A stretch of DNA of 64,000 bases from contig OZ242195.1 of assembly GCA_965205975.1 (NCBI GenBank), positions 4,512,001 to 4,576,000 of the forward strand, written 5' to 3'. The position numbers were made by a program, and so were the translations under genes. This document shows positions 38,307-49,962 of the stretch, one piece after another; the stretch's first letter is position 1, and each line of letters opens with the position of its first letter. The notes under the pieces are model-generated. The model worked only from the letters and a program-made list of their open reading frames with translations. It searched no databases and was not told the origin of the DNA. The DNA comes from Candidatus Latescibacterota bacterium (GTDB lineage: Bacteria > Latescibacterota > UBA2968).

Positions 38307-39529
38307 AAGTAATAATACTGTATGACGACTTGACCGCCTTCTTCAAAAATATGCACGTATGCTGTATGGGGAAAATTTGGATGATCCCCACGCTTAGGAT
38401 GAGTAGTGCTATTATAGTAATCATACCAGCTATCTTTACCCTCACTCTCATCATCCCTGTCCCCGTTACCAGGATATTCAAAATGTGCCGACACAAGATA
38501 TGTTTCCAACACCGCCCCCTGTCCAGGATGGCGTCCCAAATACCATAAAGCTGCAGGTAAGGAAGCAAAGTTATTCTCAGAAAAATTAATATCAGGATGT
38601 TGAGTCTGGTAAAAACTAAGTAAATCAGGAATCCATCCTGACGCTGGATATTTAGAATCGATACCAATACCTTCTCCTGTATTATCCCCAAAATGGAACC
38701 AAAGATTAGAAACAGACTCTGCACCCATGATCTCTACAGGCTCAGGGAAGATCACTTTGCGGCCTGGTTGCGTTAGATTTTTTGTCAAAATCAAAATCGG
38801 AGAAAATAGTTTGGCAAGTTGTAGTGAATAAACGCTCATATTGAAACTGCGTTCCGCAGTATTGCCGTGGTCATCGGTCACGGTCACGGTAATTGTGGAA
38901 GTTCCACCCTGTGAGGGGCTGCCTGTGATGCGATTGTCACTTGATAGAGAAATACCTGAAGGTGCGCCGGATATGGAATACGTATAGGGATCCCAACCTC
39001 CGGTTGCTGATAGATGAATCGGGGTAATTGATTTGTCCTGTTCGACGGTTTTATACGCTATTGACAAGACATTCAGTGCTGGGCGTATTGTTATGTCCAG
39101 GTTGTGACTCGCACTCTGGCCTCCGTTATCCTGCACAACGACTCTTACTTCGAAAATCCCAGGCTCTGTGGGTGTACCTGTGAGGGTTCCCGATTGATTA
39201 ATCTCCAGACCATCAGGTGCGCCGTTTTCGTCTATGGTATATGTATAGGGTGATTGGCCCCCAGATACGCTTATTTGAGGGATCTGAAGGGGATCAGATG
39301 TTAATGAGGTCCAGATGGAACTGTCTTCTGTGCCCTGTATATCTTCAGGCCATGTTACTGTCATTGGCGATAATGATGGTGTGGTACTGGCCTCATTGGA
39401 TTCTGTGCTTTCGCCTTGTGCGTTTACCGCACGTACCTTGTAGGTGTAGGTAGTGCCGTTGGTCAGGTTGGTGATGGTATAGCTGTTGGCGTTGGTCTGA
39501 TCTTCGGCACTTATTTCTGTATGAGTCAT
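38307..39529 (-). pseudogene. 5' fragment of the IS-disrupted surface protein (partial FN3, putative Ig repeats, start of the Vps62-like domain)
   Basis: ATG at 39529 after AAGGAAAGG; YTITNLTNGTTYTYKVRAVN (C-terminal half of FN3), two SGG/TGG..PYTY Ig repeats, and no signal peptide. Confidence 0.8.
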
Positions 39530-39615
39530 TTTTGCCTTTCCTTTCATGAAAGATTGAAGATGGAATTTGAGGTACGCCATGAGATAGACGAGGCCGTGAT
39601 CAATAGTTTCATGGC

Positions 39616-39630
39616 GCAAAAAGCGTGCCA
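39616..39630 (-). promoter_or_regulatory. Sigma54 (-24/-12) promoter
   Basis: Minus strand TGGCAC-GCTTT-TTGC matches the consensus, about 90 bp upstream of ATG 39529. Confidence 0.65.
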
Positions 39631-39912
39631 AAAAACGTTCCAGCATAAAAAAAAGCACTTGAATGTAGTCAAGTGCTTGAAAAACAAAGGGATAAAATTT
39701 GAGAATTATTTGTGTTGCAAATGTGACAATCACTTATAAGTGTAAACAAAAGGATACATTTATAAGTGCTTATTTAAGGAAAATATAAATAACTGATTGA
39801 TTTATATAAATATATATGAAGTGTAACGCCGGGATACACCTGTTTTGCGTTTATTTTGTCTCTTTCGGTGGGGTGATGAGAAGATTGAAGTCATTGTTGC
39901 GTTTTTTCACAC

Positions 39913-39946
39913 AAAAGCCCCGTTTGACTTTTGTCAGACGGGGCTT
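39913..39946 (-). terminator. Intrinsic terminator
   Basis: Minus strand AAGCCCCGTCTGAC-AAAA-GTCAAACGGGGC-TTTT just after the stop at 39966. Confidence 0.7.
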
Positions 39947-39965
39947 CAAGATTGGCGGGTATATT

Positions 39966-41099
39966 TCATGCATTTTTCAAGGCATTTACCGCTTCTATCA
40001 ATCGCCGGTCGGCTTTATAGCGCAATTCTAAGATCGCGTCTATATCCGCCAGTGCGTTGGACTCGGCCTGTAGTCGGCACACGTCAATGCGGTCTGATAG
40101 GGCATTCATCACCACGTCGAGCAACATCAAATCTGTGACATCGTCGGCTACCATACACTCATCGGCCAGAACTTTGCGGATCATTTCTAGGGGCTTTTTG
40201 AGCCTCTCGGCGTCCGGGATGGATTCACTATTTCCATTGTTGACCAGTTCGGGCGATAAACTGCCGAGAAAGCCTTCGCTGATGAATTGCCGCGTTTTGT
40301 CTTCGGTCCAGGATTGCGCCAAAATTTGTGTCAATTTGTTCGATGGTTGATCGGGTTTCTGGCTGCGACTGCGATCGCTTGTGCGCTTTGAAGGCCGCTG
40401 TTTGTTCTGATTGCTCTGATTGCGTCCTTTAGGTGGGCGAGACACTTTGCGCGTGTCTTTTTGGCGAGGCTCATTGCGGGTATCTTCTTTTTTTGGTTCA
40501 TTCCGCTGGGCCTGAGCAGGTGTTTCGGTTCGTGTTTGCGGTGGTGCTTGAACGGTTTTTTCTTCTGTGTTCGCGTCTTGCTGTCGGGCGGGTTGAACAG
40601 GTGTGCTTACACCGGCGCGATCTTCCCAGCCAATTGGTGCAGACCGCCTTGTTCGACGTCCCCATTGCATTTCTTCAGTCTGTACATTCTCTGGGGTCTC
40701 TTGAGGTGTTTGCGCGGCTTCTACAGCTTTTTGATCTCGATCAACAGCGGTCTTTTCCTTTTCCCTGCGCCGTCTGGATGGCGGCGATGAGATCACCGTG
40801 CGCTCTTCCTGTGCGGCGGGCATTTCAGCCTTTTTCGCAGGTTTTTTGGCTTTCTGCGCAGGTTTTTTGGCTGATTGCTTTTTGGCTGTTTTTTTAGATG
40901 GCTGCTTTTTCGCAGGCTTTTTGGACGACCGCTTTTTTGATACACGCGGTGTAGAAGATCTGGTGCTCGTTTTCTTAGCTGGCTTTTTGGCTGTTTTTTT
41001 AGTTGCCTGCTTTTTGGACGGGCGTTTTGCTTTTTTTGCTGTGGATGTTGCGCCTTCAGTTTCCCGAGGTTCATCGGCCTGTGGTTTCGTTTTTGCCAT
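39966..41099 (-). CDS. Hypothetical protein with a histone H1-like Lys/Ala/Pro-rich N-terminus and a helical C-terminal domain
   Basis: 377 aa; repeated KKPAKK/KKTAKK, disordered middle and ~125-aa helical C-terminus. Confidence 0.7.
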   Translation of the reverse strand: MAKTKPQADEPRETEGATSTAKKAKRPSKKQATKKTAKKPAKKTSTRSSTPRVSKKRSSKKPAKKQPSKKTAKKQSAKKPAQKAKKPAKKAEMPAAQEERTVISSPPSRRRREKEKTAVDRDQKAVEAAQTPQETPENVQTEEMQWGRRTRRSAPIGWEDRAGVSTPVQPARQQDANTEEKTVQAPPQTRTETPAQAQRNEPKKEDTRNEPRQKDTRKVSRPPKGRNQSNQNKQRPSKRTSDRSRSQKPDQPSNKLTQILAQSWTEDKTRQFISEGFLGSLSPELVNNGNSESIPDAERLKKPLEMIRKVLADECMVADDVTDLMLLDVVMNALSDRIDVCRLQAESNALADIDAILELRYKADRRLIEAVNALKNA

Positions 41100-41173
41100 A
41101 ATATCCTTTCGTCAAATTTGGTTTAAGTCTTTGCATAATATAGATAAAATTGCCCACAAATTCAACCAAACAC

Positions 41174-41200
41174 AAAAAAAAGGCTGACCATTGGTCAGCC
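41174..41200 (-). terminator. Intrinsic terminator of groSL
   Basis: GGCTGACC-(short loop)-GGTCAGCC followed by T8 on the minus strand. Confidence 0.75.
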
Positions 41201-41235
41201 CTTTGTGGAGGTTGAGCATATTTTGACAATCCGAT

Positions 41236-42855
41236 TTAGTGCATGTGCCCGTGATCGTGGGCGGGCGCTGCACCTTCGTTTTCTTCTGGCAGATCTGTCA
41301 CCAGAGCTTCGGTTGTCAATAACAGTCCCGCGATGGACGCTGCATTTTCCATCGCAGTGCGCACCACTTTTGTGGGATCAATTACACCGGAATCTACGAG
41401 GTCTTCGTATTGCTCGGTGCGTGCATTAAACCCGTAAGCGCCTTCGCCTTCGTTCACTTTTTGCACGACGAGGCTGCCTTCTATGCCGGCATTATCGGCG
41501 ATTTGACGCAGGGGGGCTTGCAGTGCGCGACGCACGATATCTACGCCTGTGCTCTGGTCGCCATGTACATCCGTTTCGTCTAATGCGCCAAGGCTGCGCA
41601 GGAGGGCGACTCCGCCGCCGGGTACGATGCCTTCTTCAACGGCAGCGCGCACGGAATGGAGTGCGTCTTCGACGCGGGCTTTCTTTTCTTTCATTTCTGT
41701 TTCTGTTGCCGCTCCAACGTTGATGACGGCCACACCTCCGGCCAATTTTGCCAATCGCTCTTCGAGTTTTTCGCGGTCGTAGTCAGAGGTGGTGTCTTCA
41801 ATCTGCCGACGAATCTGACTCGTTCTGCCCTGGATATCGGCTATAGATCCCACGCCTTCTACGATTGTGGTGTTGTCTTTGTCGATCACTACGCGCTTGG
41901 TCTGCCCGAGGTCGCTAATCTCGACGTTTTCGAGCTTTATGCCGAGGTCTTCCGTTATCACGCGCCCACCTGTTAGTACGGCGATGTCACCCAACATTTC
42001 TTTGCGGCGGTCGCCATATCCCGGTGCTTTTACGGCACAGGCAGCGAGGGTGCCGCGCACTTTGTTGACGACAAAAGTGGCGAGAGCTTCACCTTCGACG
42101 TCTTCGGCGATGACCAGAAGCGGCTTGCCTGCACCGGCAACTTTTTCGAGCAGAGGCAATAAGTCGTTCATGTTTGACAACTTCGCCTCGTGAATGAGAA
42201 TCAGCGCGTCTTCCAGTATGGCTTCCATGTTTTCCTGATCGGTCACAAAATAGGGCGATAGATAACCGCGGTCAAACTGCATTCCTTCGACTACATCCAG
42301 TGTTGTCTCGATGCTTTTGGCTTCTTCGACTGTGATTGTGCCGTCTTTGCCAACTTTGTCCATTGCATCGGCTATAATCTCTCCGATGCTGCTGTCACTG
42401 TTGGCGGATATTGTCCCTACTTGTGCAATTGAGTTGCGGTCTTTTACCGGCTGGCTCTGGTCTTCCAATGCTTTGACCACGGATGCAACAGCCGCGTCGA
42501 TACCGCGTTTGAGGTCCATCGGGTTGGCTCCGGCGGTTACATTGCGCAAGCCTTCACGGAAGATCGCTTCGGCGAGTACTGTCGCTGTGGTTGTGCCGTC
42601 GCCTGCAATGTCAGAAGTCTTGGAAGCGACTTCTTTGACCATCTGCACTCCCATGTTTTCGTAAGCGTCTTCGAGTTCGATTTCTTTTGCAACGCTCACG
42701 CCGTCTTTTGTCACGGTGGGAGACCCCCAGGATTTTGCGACAACCACATTTCGTCCAGCAGGTCCCAACGTGGCTTTCACGGCTTTGCTCAGGAGCGTTA
42801 CACCATCGAGAATGCGCTCTCGAGCATCTATTCCATAGGCAATCTGTTTTGCCAT
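41236..42855 (-). CDS. groL: Chaperonin GroEL
   Basis: 539 aa; [44 protein letters not shown] and [12 protein letters not shown]. Confidence 0.99.
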   Translation of the reverse strand: MAKQIAYGIDARERILDGVTLLSKAVKATLGPAGRNVVVAKSWGSPTVTKDGVSVAKEIELEDAYENMGVQMVKEVASKTSDIAGDGTTTATVLAEAIFREGLRNVTAGANPMDLKRGIDAAVASVVKALEDQSQPVKDRNSIAQVGTISANSDSSIGEIIADAMDKVGKDGTITVEEAKSIETTLDVVEGMQFDRGYLSPYFVTDQENMEAILEDALILIHEAKLSNMNDLLPLLEKVAGAGKPLLVIAEDVEGEALATFVVNKVRGTLAACAVKAPGYGDRRKEMLGDIAVLTGGRVITEDLGIKLENVEISDLGQTKRVVIDKDNTTIVEGVGSIADIQGRTSQIRRQIEDTTSDYDREKLEERLAKLAGGVAVINVGAATETEMKEKKARVEDALHSVRAAVEEGIVPGGGVALLRSLGALDETDVHGDQSTGVDIVRRALQAPLRQIADNAGIEGSLVVQKVNEGEGAYGFNARTEQYEDLVDSGVIDPTKVVRTAMENAASIAGLLLTTEALVTDLPEENEGAAPAHDHGHMH

Positions 42856-42870
42856 AATATCAATCTCCTT

Positions 42871-43158
42871 CTACTGAATAATGCCCAATACGTCATCTTC
42901 GTTTACGATTACGTAATCATCGCCATCAACTTCAATTTCCGTGCCGGAGTATTTGCCAATTAAAATTTTTTCTCCAGATTTTACCGCTGGCGCGATCACG
43001 TCGCCATTCTTATTGCGTTTGCCCGGTCCAACGGCAACGACCTCAGCTTCCTGTGGTGTTTCCACAGCGGTATCGGGGATGATAATGCCCCCCTTCACTT
43101 GCTCATCAGCATCCACCCGTCGCACCAGGATGCGATCGGAAAGCGGACGGACATTCAT
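42871..43158 (-). CDS. groS: Co-chaperonin GroES
   Basis: 95 aa; RPLSDRILV, GGIIIPDTA and VVAVGPG. Confidence 0.99.
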   Translation of the reverse strand: MNVRPLSDRILVRRVDADEQVKGGIIIPDTAVETPQEAEVVAVGPGKRNKNGDVIAPAVKSGEKILIGKYSGTEIEVDGDDYVIVNEDDVLGIIQ

Positions 43159-43213
43159 GAGAACCCTCCTTGAAAAACAGTTAAACGTAATAAATTTAAT
43201 TGTTTATATGTTG

Positions 43214-43240
43214 TTAGCACTCTGTTATTTTGAGTGCTAA
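43214..43240. promoter_or_regulatory. CIRCE element (HrcA operator)
   Basis: Perfect TTAGCACTC-N9-GAGTGCTAA upstream of groS. Confidence 0.95.
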
Positions 43241-43366
43241 GGCGGGAAAATATACAGAAGCACCAATATTTGCGCAAGTGTAAAAAGTGGAATCCGCAGA
43301 TGGACGCAGATGAAGAAGAAGGGCTGGGAAATGTGAACGACTGTAGGGGCGAGGCATGCGTCATTG

Positions 43367-43837
43367 CTATATATCAGCCAGCTTTGTTTTTTTCTGAGCC
43401 AGTACTTTTTCCAGATGATCAATTTGCTCTTTGAGCAGTTCAGGGGTTTCTGGCGCGCCCATTTCTTCCGGTGGCGGTGGTATTTCAGCCGGCAAATGCG
43501 CATCTTCCCAATCCCCGTATCCGCCGTCCATCGAGATCACTTTTTCGTATCCCATGGTTTTCAGGGTTTCGCCAGCGAGGAGGGATCGCACGCCGCCTGC
43601 ACAAATCACAATCACTTCACGCGATTTATCGGGCATTGCCAATTCAGCTTTATATTCCAATTCGCCGCGCGGTATGTGTACTGATCCTTTTAAGTGCCCG
43701 CGCTCCCATTCATCCAGTCCTCGCACGTCGAGTAATACGGGATTATTACCCTCGTTCAAATACTCATTTACTTCCTGTACAGTCATTTCTGAAATATTTT
43801 GACGCGCATCATCCAGCAAATTTTCACGCGACTTCAT
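43367..43837 (-). CDS. Rhodanese-like domain protein
   Basis: 156 aa; LLDVR..EW..GH..GS.HIP, CAGGVRS active-site loop and MDGGY..W. Confidence 0.9.
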   Translation of the reverse strand: MKSRENLLDDARQNISEMTVQEVNEYLNEGNNPVLLDVRGLDEWERGHLKGSVHIPRGELEYKAELAMPDKSREVIVICAGGVRSLLAGETLKTMGYEKVISMDGGYGDWEDAHLPAEIPPPPEEMGAPETPELLKEQIDHLEKVLAQKKTKLADI

Positions 43838-43858
43838 ACGTTTATCTCCTCATTGATT

Positions 43859-46800
43859 TTAAGCTCTTCCATGGCAATGCTTGTACTTCTTGCCACTGCC
43901 GCACGGACATGGCGCGTTTCGCCCCACCTTTTTTTCAACGCGTACCGGCTGTTTTTTTGGCGCATCGCCTTCTGTAGAATTGGCGGTCAATTCATCGGCG
44001 CCCGGTTCGGGCATGCCAGCAAAGCCCATTCCCGTGGCATCGCGGTGTTCCAATGACAGGCGTGCAGGCTGCTGGGTGCGCGGTTGTGCGGGTGTTTCTT
44101 CAATAGAGATGCGGAATAACAATCGCAATGTTTCTCGGTTGATGTCTTCGAGCAATGCTACAAACATCTCGTAACCTTCGCGCTTGTACTCGATCAATGG
44201 ATTTTTTTGTCCATAACCGCGAAGGCCAATGCCCTCTTTCAGATCGTCCATTTCGCGGAGGTGTTCTTTCCACTTTTCATCAAAGACGCTCAGGTAAATC
44301 ATGCGTTCTATCTGGCGCATACGGTCTTCCCCAATGACCCTTTCGCGGCGATCATAAGCCTCGCGAACCCCGCGCAATACACGATCTCGCAAACCCGCTT
44401 CGCGCAATTGGGGCAGATCTTCATCGGGTATGACAGGTGCTTGCAAAAACACATTGCGCAAATCGTTCATTAATCCATCGAAATTCCAGTCTTCGGGATG
44501 TGCGTCGGGCGGTATATGAATATCCAATAGCGCATCGATGGTTTCGTCGATCATTTCGCTGATCATCGCCGAGATATCTTCTTCTTCCAGCGCGTGTCTG
44601 CGTCTGTCGTAAATCACTTCGCGCTGTTGATTCATTACGTCGTCGTAATCCAGCACCTGTTTTCGAAATTCAAAATTGCGCGCTTCAACCCGTTTTTGCG
44701 CGGTTTCAATGGATTTTGTCACCCAGCTATGTTCGATTACTTCGCCTTCTTCAGCACCCAGACGGTCCATGACACGGGCAATGCGCTCGGATCCAAATAG
44801 ACGCATTAAATCGTCTTCCAGTGAGATGAAAAACCGCGAGCTTCCCGGGTCCCCTTGCCGCCCAGAGCGACCGCGCAATTGCCGGTCGATGCGACGGGAT
44901 TCGTGTCGTTCAGTGCCAATAATAGTCAATCCACACGGGACTTCATCTCGACACCCGTATTCGTCTATGTAAGGACACAGGGGCTGGGTGCTATCGGGAT
45001 TTGCAATCAATGCACACTGGTGCCCTTCGGGCGCTTTTACGATGCCGGGTCCCAGTTTGATATCTGTACCGCGCCCGGCCATATTGGTCGCTATTGTTAC
45101 GGCACCGGGTTGCCCGGCCTGCGCGATGATCTGCGCTTCTTGTACATTTTGTCGGGCATTGAGTACCTGGTGTTTGATTTTTTTGCGTGCGAGCATCCGC
45201 GAAATCAACTCGGAGGTTTCAACGGAAATTGTGCCGACCAGGACTGGCAATTTTTGTTCGTGCAAATGCACGATTTCATCGAGTAGAGCATTGTATTTTT
45301 CGCGTTTTGTGCGGTAGATCCAGTCGTTAGAATCGATGCGGCGCACTGGCTCATGCGTTGGAATCGATACCACATCGAGTTTGTAGATTTGATGAAATTC
45401 TTCGGCTTCTGTTTCGGCTGTGCCCGTCATTCCCGCCAGTCGGTCATAGAGTCTGAAATAATTTTGCAACGTAATGGTTGCCACTGTTTGCGTGTCGCGT
45501 TCGACTTTTACCTTTTCTTTTGCTTCCAATGCCTGGTGCAATCCATCGGCAAAACGGCGTCCGGGCTGTGGCCGTCCCGTAAATTCATCGACGATGACAA
45601 CCTTGCCGTCGTCGATCATGTATTGCACGTCTTTTTCATACAGAGAATAGGCTTGCAACAATTTTCGTACACTGTGGATGGATTCATTTTTTTCTGCGTA
45701 ATCCTGATAGGCAGCTTCTTTTGCCTGGTCTTCTTCTGCATCTGATAGCGATTTATTCTGTTCTATATCCCGAAGCACTTCATCGAGATCTGGCAATACG
45801 AAATCGTCTGGATTGCGGCTGATTTCGTCGCGTCCCTTTTCTGTCAGGTCGATGATGTGACTTTTTTCGTCGATGCTGAAATAGAGGTCTTCGTCCAGTT
45901 CCCCGGTGCGCTTGTCGCGGATATAATCGGATTCAACCCGCTGCACGAGGCGCTTGATGCCCTCTTCTTGGAGTCGCTTCATGAAGCGACTATTTTTGGG
46001 CATTCCGCGCTGGACCTGCAATAACAAGATGCCGGCCTCGTATTCATCGCCGGATTCGAGTTCTTCTTCTGCGTCTTTTAAAATATTGTTTACGACTCGG
46101 GTTTGCGCTCGCACCAATTTTTCGACCAGCGGACGCATTTCTTCATACCGATGAGATGTGGATTCTGCCACTGGTCCCGAAATGATCAACGGTGTGCGCG
46201 CCTCGTCGATCAGGATGCTATCTACCTCGTCAATAATTGCAAAATAGTGCTCGCGCTGTATCAGGTCTTCGGGGCGAATCGCCATGTTATCGTAGAGGTA
46301 ATCAAAACCAAACTGATCTTTTGTGCCGTACACGATATCCATAAGACAGGCGTCTTTGTGATCGCATGGGCGCATGCGATATCCGTCTTTCCCCTCTTCT
46401 TCCATAATAAAACCTTCCACGCCCAACGCTCGGTCCTGAATGACGCCTACGGTGAGGCCCAGGAACAGATACACGGGTCCCAGCCACATGGCGTCGCGCT
46501 TGGCGAGGTAGGAGTTTACGGTGACGAGATGCACGCCGCGCCCGAGCAAGCCATTCAGGTACAAAGCCAGACCCGCAGCCAGCGTTTTGCCTTCGCCTGT
46601 GGCCATTTCGGCGATTTTGCCCTGATGCAATACGGTGGCACCGATTAATTGCACGTCATAGGGTATTTCATGCCACACGATTTGATCGCCAGCGCGATCC
46701 CAGGACTTCTCCCGCTCTTTGAAGCGCCTACACGTTTCCTTAAAGACGGCAAATGCCTCTGGGTGAATTTCATCGAGCACATCGCGCTCAATATCCTTGA

Positions 46801-47077
46801 TTTCGGCCTCGATTTCTGCAATGGCTTCCAATTGTTCGGTGCGGTCTTCGTCTCGTTGCAACGCGGCCAATTCTTCCTTGAATTGAATGAGATGTTTTTG
46901 AGCATCATCAGTCGCTTCGGCAACGCGCGTGCGAAATTCTATTGTTTTGCCTTTTAATTCCTCGTCGGACAAAGAGGCATACTCTTCGTAGAGTTGATTA
47001 ATTTCATCCACAATCGGTTGCATTTTCTTTACATCCCGATCGTGTTTGCTGCCGAAAATTTTTGTCAGGAAATTCAT
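43859..47077 (-). CDS. secA: Preprotein translocase subunit SecA
   Basis: [57 protein letters not shown] and C-terminal [14 protein letters not shown]. Real start MNFLTKIFG at 47077. Confidence 0.99.
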   Translation of the reverse strand: MNFLTKIFGSKHDRDVKKMQPIVDEINQLYEEYASLSDEELKGKTIEFRTRVAEATDDAQKHLIQFKEELAALQRDEDRTEQLEAIAEIEAEIKDIERDVLDEIHPEAFAVFKETCRRFKEREKSWDRAGDQIVWHEIPYDVQLIGATVLHQGKIAEMATGEGKTLAAGLALYLNGLLGRGVHLVTVNSYLAKRDAMWLGPVYLFLGLTVGVIQDRALGVEGFIMEEEGKDGYRMRPCDHKDACLMDIVYGTKDQFGFDYLYDNMAIRPEDLIQREHYFAIIDEVDSILIDEARTPLIISGPVAESTSHRYEEMRPLVEKLVRAQTRVVNNILKDAEEELESGDEYEAGILLLQVQRGMPKNSRFMKRLQEEGIKRLVQRVESDYIRDKRTGELDEDLYFSIDEKSHIIDLTEKGRDEISRNPDDFVLPDLDEVLRDIEQNKSLSDAEEDQAKEAAYQDYAEKNESIHSVRKLLQAYSLYEKDVQYMIDDGKVVIVDEFTGRPQPGRRFADGLHQALEAKEKVKVERDTQTVATITLQNYFRLYDRLAGMTGTAETEAEEFHQIYKLDVVSIPTHEPVRRIDSNDWIYRTKREKYNALLDEIVHLHEQKLPVLVGTISVETSELISRMLARKKIKHQVLNARQNVQEAQIIAQAGQPGAVTIATNMAGRGTDIKLGPGIVKAPEGHQCALIANPDSTQPLCPYIDEYGCRDEVPCGLTIIGTERHESRRIDRQLRGRSGRQGDPGSSRFFISLEDDLMRLFGSERIARVMDRLGAEEGEVIEHSWVTKSIETAQKRVEARNFEFRKQVLDYDDVMNQQREVIYDRRRHALEEEDISAMISEMIDETIDALLDIHIPPDAHPEDWNFDGLMNDLRNVFLQAPVIPDEDLPQLREAGLRDRVLRGVREAYDRRERVIGEDRMRQIERMIYLSVFDEKWKEHLREMDDLKEGIGLRGYGQKNPLIEYKREGYEMFVALLEDINRETLRLLFRISIEETPAQPRTQQPARLSLEHRDATGMGFAGMPEPGADELTANSTEGDAPKKQPVRVEKKVGRNAPCPCGSGKKYKHCHGRA

Positions 47078-47088
47078 TTTACCGCCTT

Positions 47089-47823
47089 TCACATCCCAAG
47101 TTCGATGCGTTCGGCCAAAAAAGGCGGAAGGCCCGCCGATAGAATTTTGGCCTGCGCTGTTGCCACATCGTAAGACACGCGGCGCAATTGGAGGTTCCCT
47201 TTTTCTCGATCCCACACGACAAAAGCCGCTCGCGCATCGCCGTCGCGAGGTTGTCCTACACTGCCGACATTTACGAGATATCGGTCATTGTCGGACAACT
47301 GCACTTCTCCTTCGCGTGTAAGTACCGTTTTTTCAGATGCCGAGCACACAAATGCGCGGTGAGAATGTCCGACAAAACACATCTCGAAATTGGTTTGAGC
47401 GAGTATTGACCAGCCATCTTCGGGGTCGAATAAATAGTGCCACAACTCGGGTTCAATTGGCGAAGCATGGGCATAACAATAAGCAGATTCGTTTTGAAAG
47501 GGTTGGTAAGATCGCAATAGCGAGGCGTTTTCATCACTCAGCATTTGAACAGTCCATTGTATTGCCGCCAGTGCCACGGGGTTAAAAAACCCCGGATCTT
47601 CCAGGCCCACTGCCGCCCAATCGTGATTGCCCGCCAGCACGAGGTCCGATACTTCGCGCACGCGTTCTATGCACATATTGGGGTCTGCGCCGTATCCAAC
47701 CATATCGCCCAAACAAATAATTCGATCTACCTGTGCTTCTGCAATTTTTTCCAGCACTGTTTGCAAGGCTTCGAGATTTCCGTGTACATCTGAGAAAATC
47801 GCGATGCGTCCAATATTATCCAT
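47089..47823 (-). CDS. Calcineurin-like metallophosphoesterase
   Basis: SDVHGN, GDMVGYG, GNHD, GHSH and [11 protein letters not shown]. Confidence 0.9.
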   Translation of the reverse strand: MDNIGRIAIFSDVHGNLEALQTVLEKIAEAQVDRIICLGDMVGYGADPNMCIERVREVSDLVLAGNHDWAAVGLEDPGFFNPVALAAIQWTVQMLSDENASLLRSYQPFQNESAYCYAHASPIEPELWHYLFDPEDGWSILAQTNFEMCFVGHSHRAFVCSASEKTVLTREGEVQLSDNDRYLVNVGSVGQPRDGDARAAFVVWDREKGNLQLRRVSYDVATAQAKILSAGLPPFLAERIELGM

Positions 47824-48238
47824 TGGGGTGTCCCGCATTCATCTTGGACAGGGTATCGAGAATACCGTTGATAAAGTTAGAAGCATTGGCTTCACTAAAT
47901 TGCTTGGCCAGTTCTATTGCTTCGTCAATAGAGACTTTGTAGGGAATATCTTCGAAATAGCGCATTTCGGCAAGTGCCATCCAGAGGACGATGCGATCTA
48001 TACGCGAAACCCGATCTAATGACCAATTTTCCAGTACGGGTTCAATAGATGCGTCCAGTTCTTCTCGGTGCTCCCAGGCTGTTTGGGCCAGAGTTATCGC
48101 AAAATCCGAGGTTGATGCCGAAAGGCGTGCACGGATGCACATGGTCTGCGCTGTCTGTTGTACTGGGTCGCCAACGCTCACGGTCCAATAAAGTGCTTGC
48201 AACGCAGCCTGACGCGCTTTACGTCTCGATTTTATCAT
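47816..48238 (-). CDS. nusB: Transcription antitermination factor NusB
   Basis: [14 protein letters not shown]...R...IDR and [10 protein letters not shown]......FINGILD. Confidence 0.97.
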   Translation of the reverse strand: MIKSRRKARQAALQALYWTVSVGDPVQQTAQTMCIRARLSASTSDFAITLAQTAWEHREELDASIEPVLENWSLDRVSRIDRIVLWMALAEMRYFEDIPYKVSIDEAIELAKQFSEANASNFINGILDTLSKMNAGHPNG

Positions 48239-48711
48239 TTTTTTGACTCCCAGTCAGCGATAACTCCAATCATTTCAATCGCGCCCAGTGCAGCTTCCCA
48301 ACCCTTATTGCCGGCTTTGGTCCCTGCCCTCTCAATCGCTTGTTCAATGGTATCGGTTGTCAAAATACCAAATATGGTGGGTACACCTGTTTCGCGACCA
48401 ATAGATGCCACGCCTTTTGCGGCTTCGTTGCATACGTAGTCAAAATGCGGTGTGCTGCCTCTGATTATTGCGCCCAGACAGATAAGCGCGTCATATCGAC
48501 CGCTTTGCGCCATTTTTTGTGCCATCGTGGGAATTTCAAAACTTCCCGGCACCCATACCACGTCTATGGCATCTGTATCGCCACCGTGCCGCGCAATACA
48601 ATCGAGCGCGCCACCGAGCAATTCTTTGCTGATAAACGCATTGAATCGCGCCACCACAATGCCAAACTGTTTGCCTTTTGCCAATAGCTGACCTTCATAA
48701 ACTTTGGGCAT
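48235..48711 (-). CDS. ribH: 6,7-dimethyl-8-ribityllumazine synthase
   Basis: [24 protein letters not shown] and [11 protein letters not shown]. Confidence 0.98.
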   Translation of the reverse strand: MPKVYEGQLLAKGKQFGIVVARFNAFISKELLGGALDCIARHGGDTDAIDVVWVPGSFEIPTMAQKMAQSGRYDALICLGAIIRGSTPHFDYVCNEAAKGVASIGRETGVPTIFGILTTDTIEQAIERAGTKAGNKGWEAALGAIEMIGVIADWESKK

Positions 48712-49945
48712 CGCGATCTCCTTCTTCGCCTAATTGCAATTCGTCCTCTTTAAATAAATGTCCCATCTTTTCTTGCTTAGTCCGCATATATGTCAAGTTC
48801 CATTTGTTGACCTGAATGGCGACCGGGACGCGGTCTATAATTTCTATTCCGTATGCTTCCAGGCCCACGCGCTTTGAGGGGTTATTGGTGATGAGTGCAA
48901 CTTTTCTGATTCCCAAATCCGACAAAATTTGTGCGCCAATGCCGTAATCTCGGTCGTCCATCTTAAATCCGAGTTTCAAGTTGGCTTCTACGGTATCATA
49001 TCCCTCTTCTTGCAGTTTGTACGCGTGCAATTTTGCCCGCAGGCCAATACCTCGCCCTTCCTGCCGCATATAAACCAGGGCTCCGCGTCCTTCTTTTTCA
49101 ATCATCTCGAGTGCAGAGTGCAAATTTTTCTCGCAGTCACAGCGCAATGAGCCGAGCGAGTCTCCTGTCAGACATTCGGAGTGCATCCGCACCATTACGG
49201 GTGTATCGCCGGAAAGGTCGCCTTTTACCAGTGCGACGTGTTCGCGTTCATCTACGTCGCTTTCATACAGGTGTAATTGAAATGTGCCAAATCGCGTGGG
49301 CATATCCACTTGCTCGACACAGCGCACCAGTTTTTCGGAACGGCGGCGATAGGCGATCAAATCGTGAATTGTCGTCACTTTCAAGCCAAATTGGTCGGCA
49401 ATTTCCAAAAGCTGTGGCAAACGTGCCATGGTGCCGTCTTCATTCAGTATTTCACACAGTACACCGGCGGGAGACAGGCCGGCCAAACGCGCCAGATCTA
49501 CGGCTGCTTCTGTGTGTCCCGCTCGTCTCAAAACCCCGCCGGGCATTGCGCGCAGTGGAAAAATGTGGCCTGGCCTACCAAAATTCTCAGACCGCGATTT
49601 GGGATCTACAAATTGTCGAATTGTTTCCGCTCGATCCTGTGCGGAAATACCGGTCGTTACACCATAGAGCGCGTCAATACTCACGGTGAAGGGCGTGCCG
49701 TGAAGCGCTGTGTTGGTATTGACCATCATGTCCAGGTCGAGTTCTTTGAGACGGTCGGGCGTTGCGGGCAAGCAGACCAGTCCGCGTCCATGGCGCGCCA
49801 TAAAATTAATGGCTTCAGATGTTACTTTTTCCGCGGCCATAATGAAGTCGCCTTCATTTTCCCGGTCTTCGTCATCAACGACAATGACGATTTTTCCCGC
49901 TCGAATATCTTCGAGGGCTTCTTCTATTGTTGCGATTTTGCCCAT
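48695..49945 (-). CDS. ribBA: Bifunctional DHBP synthase / GTP cyclohydrolase II
   Basis: [32 protein letters not shown] and RQEGRGIGL. Confidence 0.98.
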   Translation of the reverse strand: MGKIATIEEALEDIRAGKIVIVVDDEDRENEGDFIMAAEKVTSEAINFMARHGRGLVCLPATPDRLKELDLDMMVNTNTALHGTPFTVSIDALYGVTTGISAQDRAETIRQFVDPKSRSENFGRPGHIFPLRAMPGGVLRRAGHTEAAVDLARLAGLSPAGVLCEILNEDGTMARLPQLLEIADQFGLKVTTIHDLIAYRRRSEKLVRCVEQVDMPTRFGTFQLHLYESDVDEREHVALVKGDLSGDTPVMVRMHSECLTGDSLGSLRCDCEKNLHSALEMIEKEGRGALVYMRQEGRGIGLRAKLHAYKLQEEGYDTVEANLKLGFKMDDRDYGIGAQILSDLGIRKVALITNNPSKRVGLEAYGIEIIDRVPVAIQVNKWNLTYMRTKQEKMGHLFKEDELQLGEEGDRDAQSL

Positions 49946-49962
49946 ATACACCTTCCTGTAAA

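Noticed and set aside
39530..39733. N-terminal 68 aa of ORF 38294..39733
   Set aside because: It covers the RBS and sigma54 promoter and does not look like protein; the real start is more likely 39529.
47078..47215. N-terminal extension of SecA in the ORF track
   Set aside because: It overlaps the phosphoesterase gene; the SecA-like N-terminus and RBS are at 47077.
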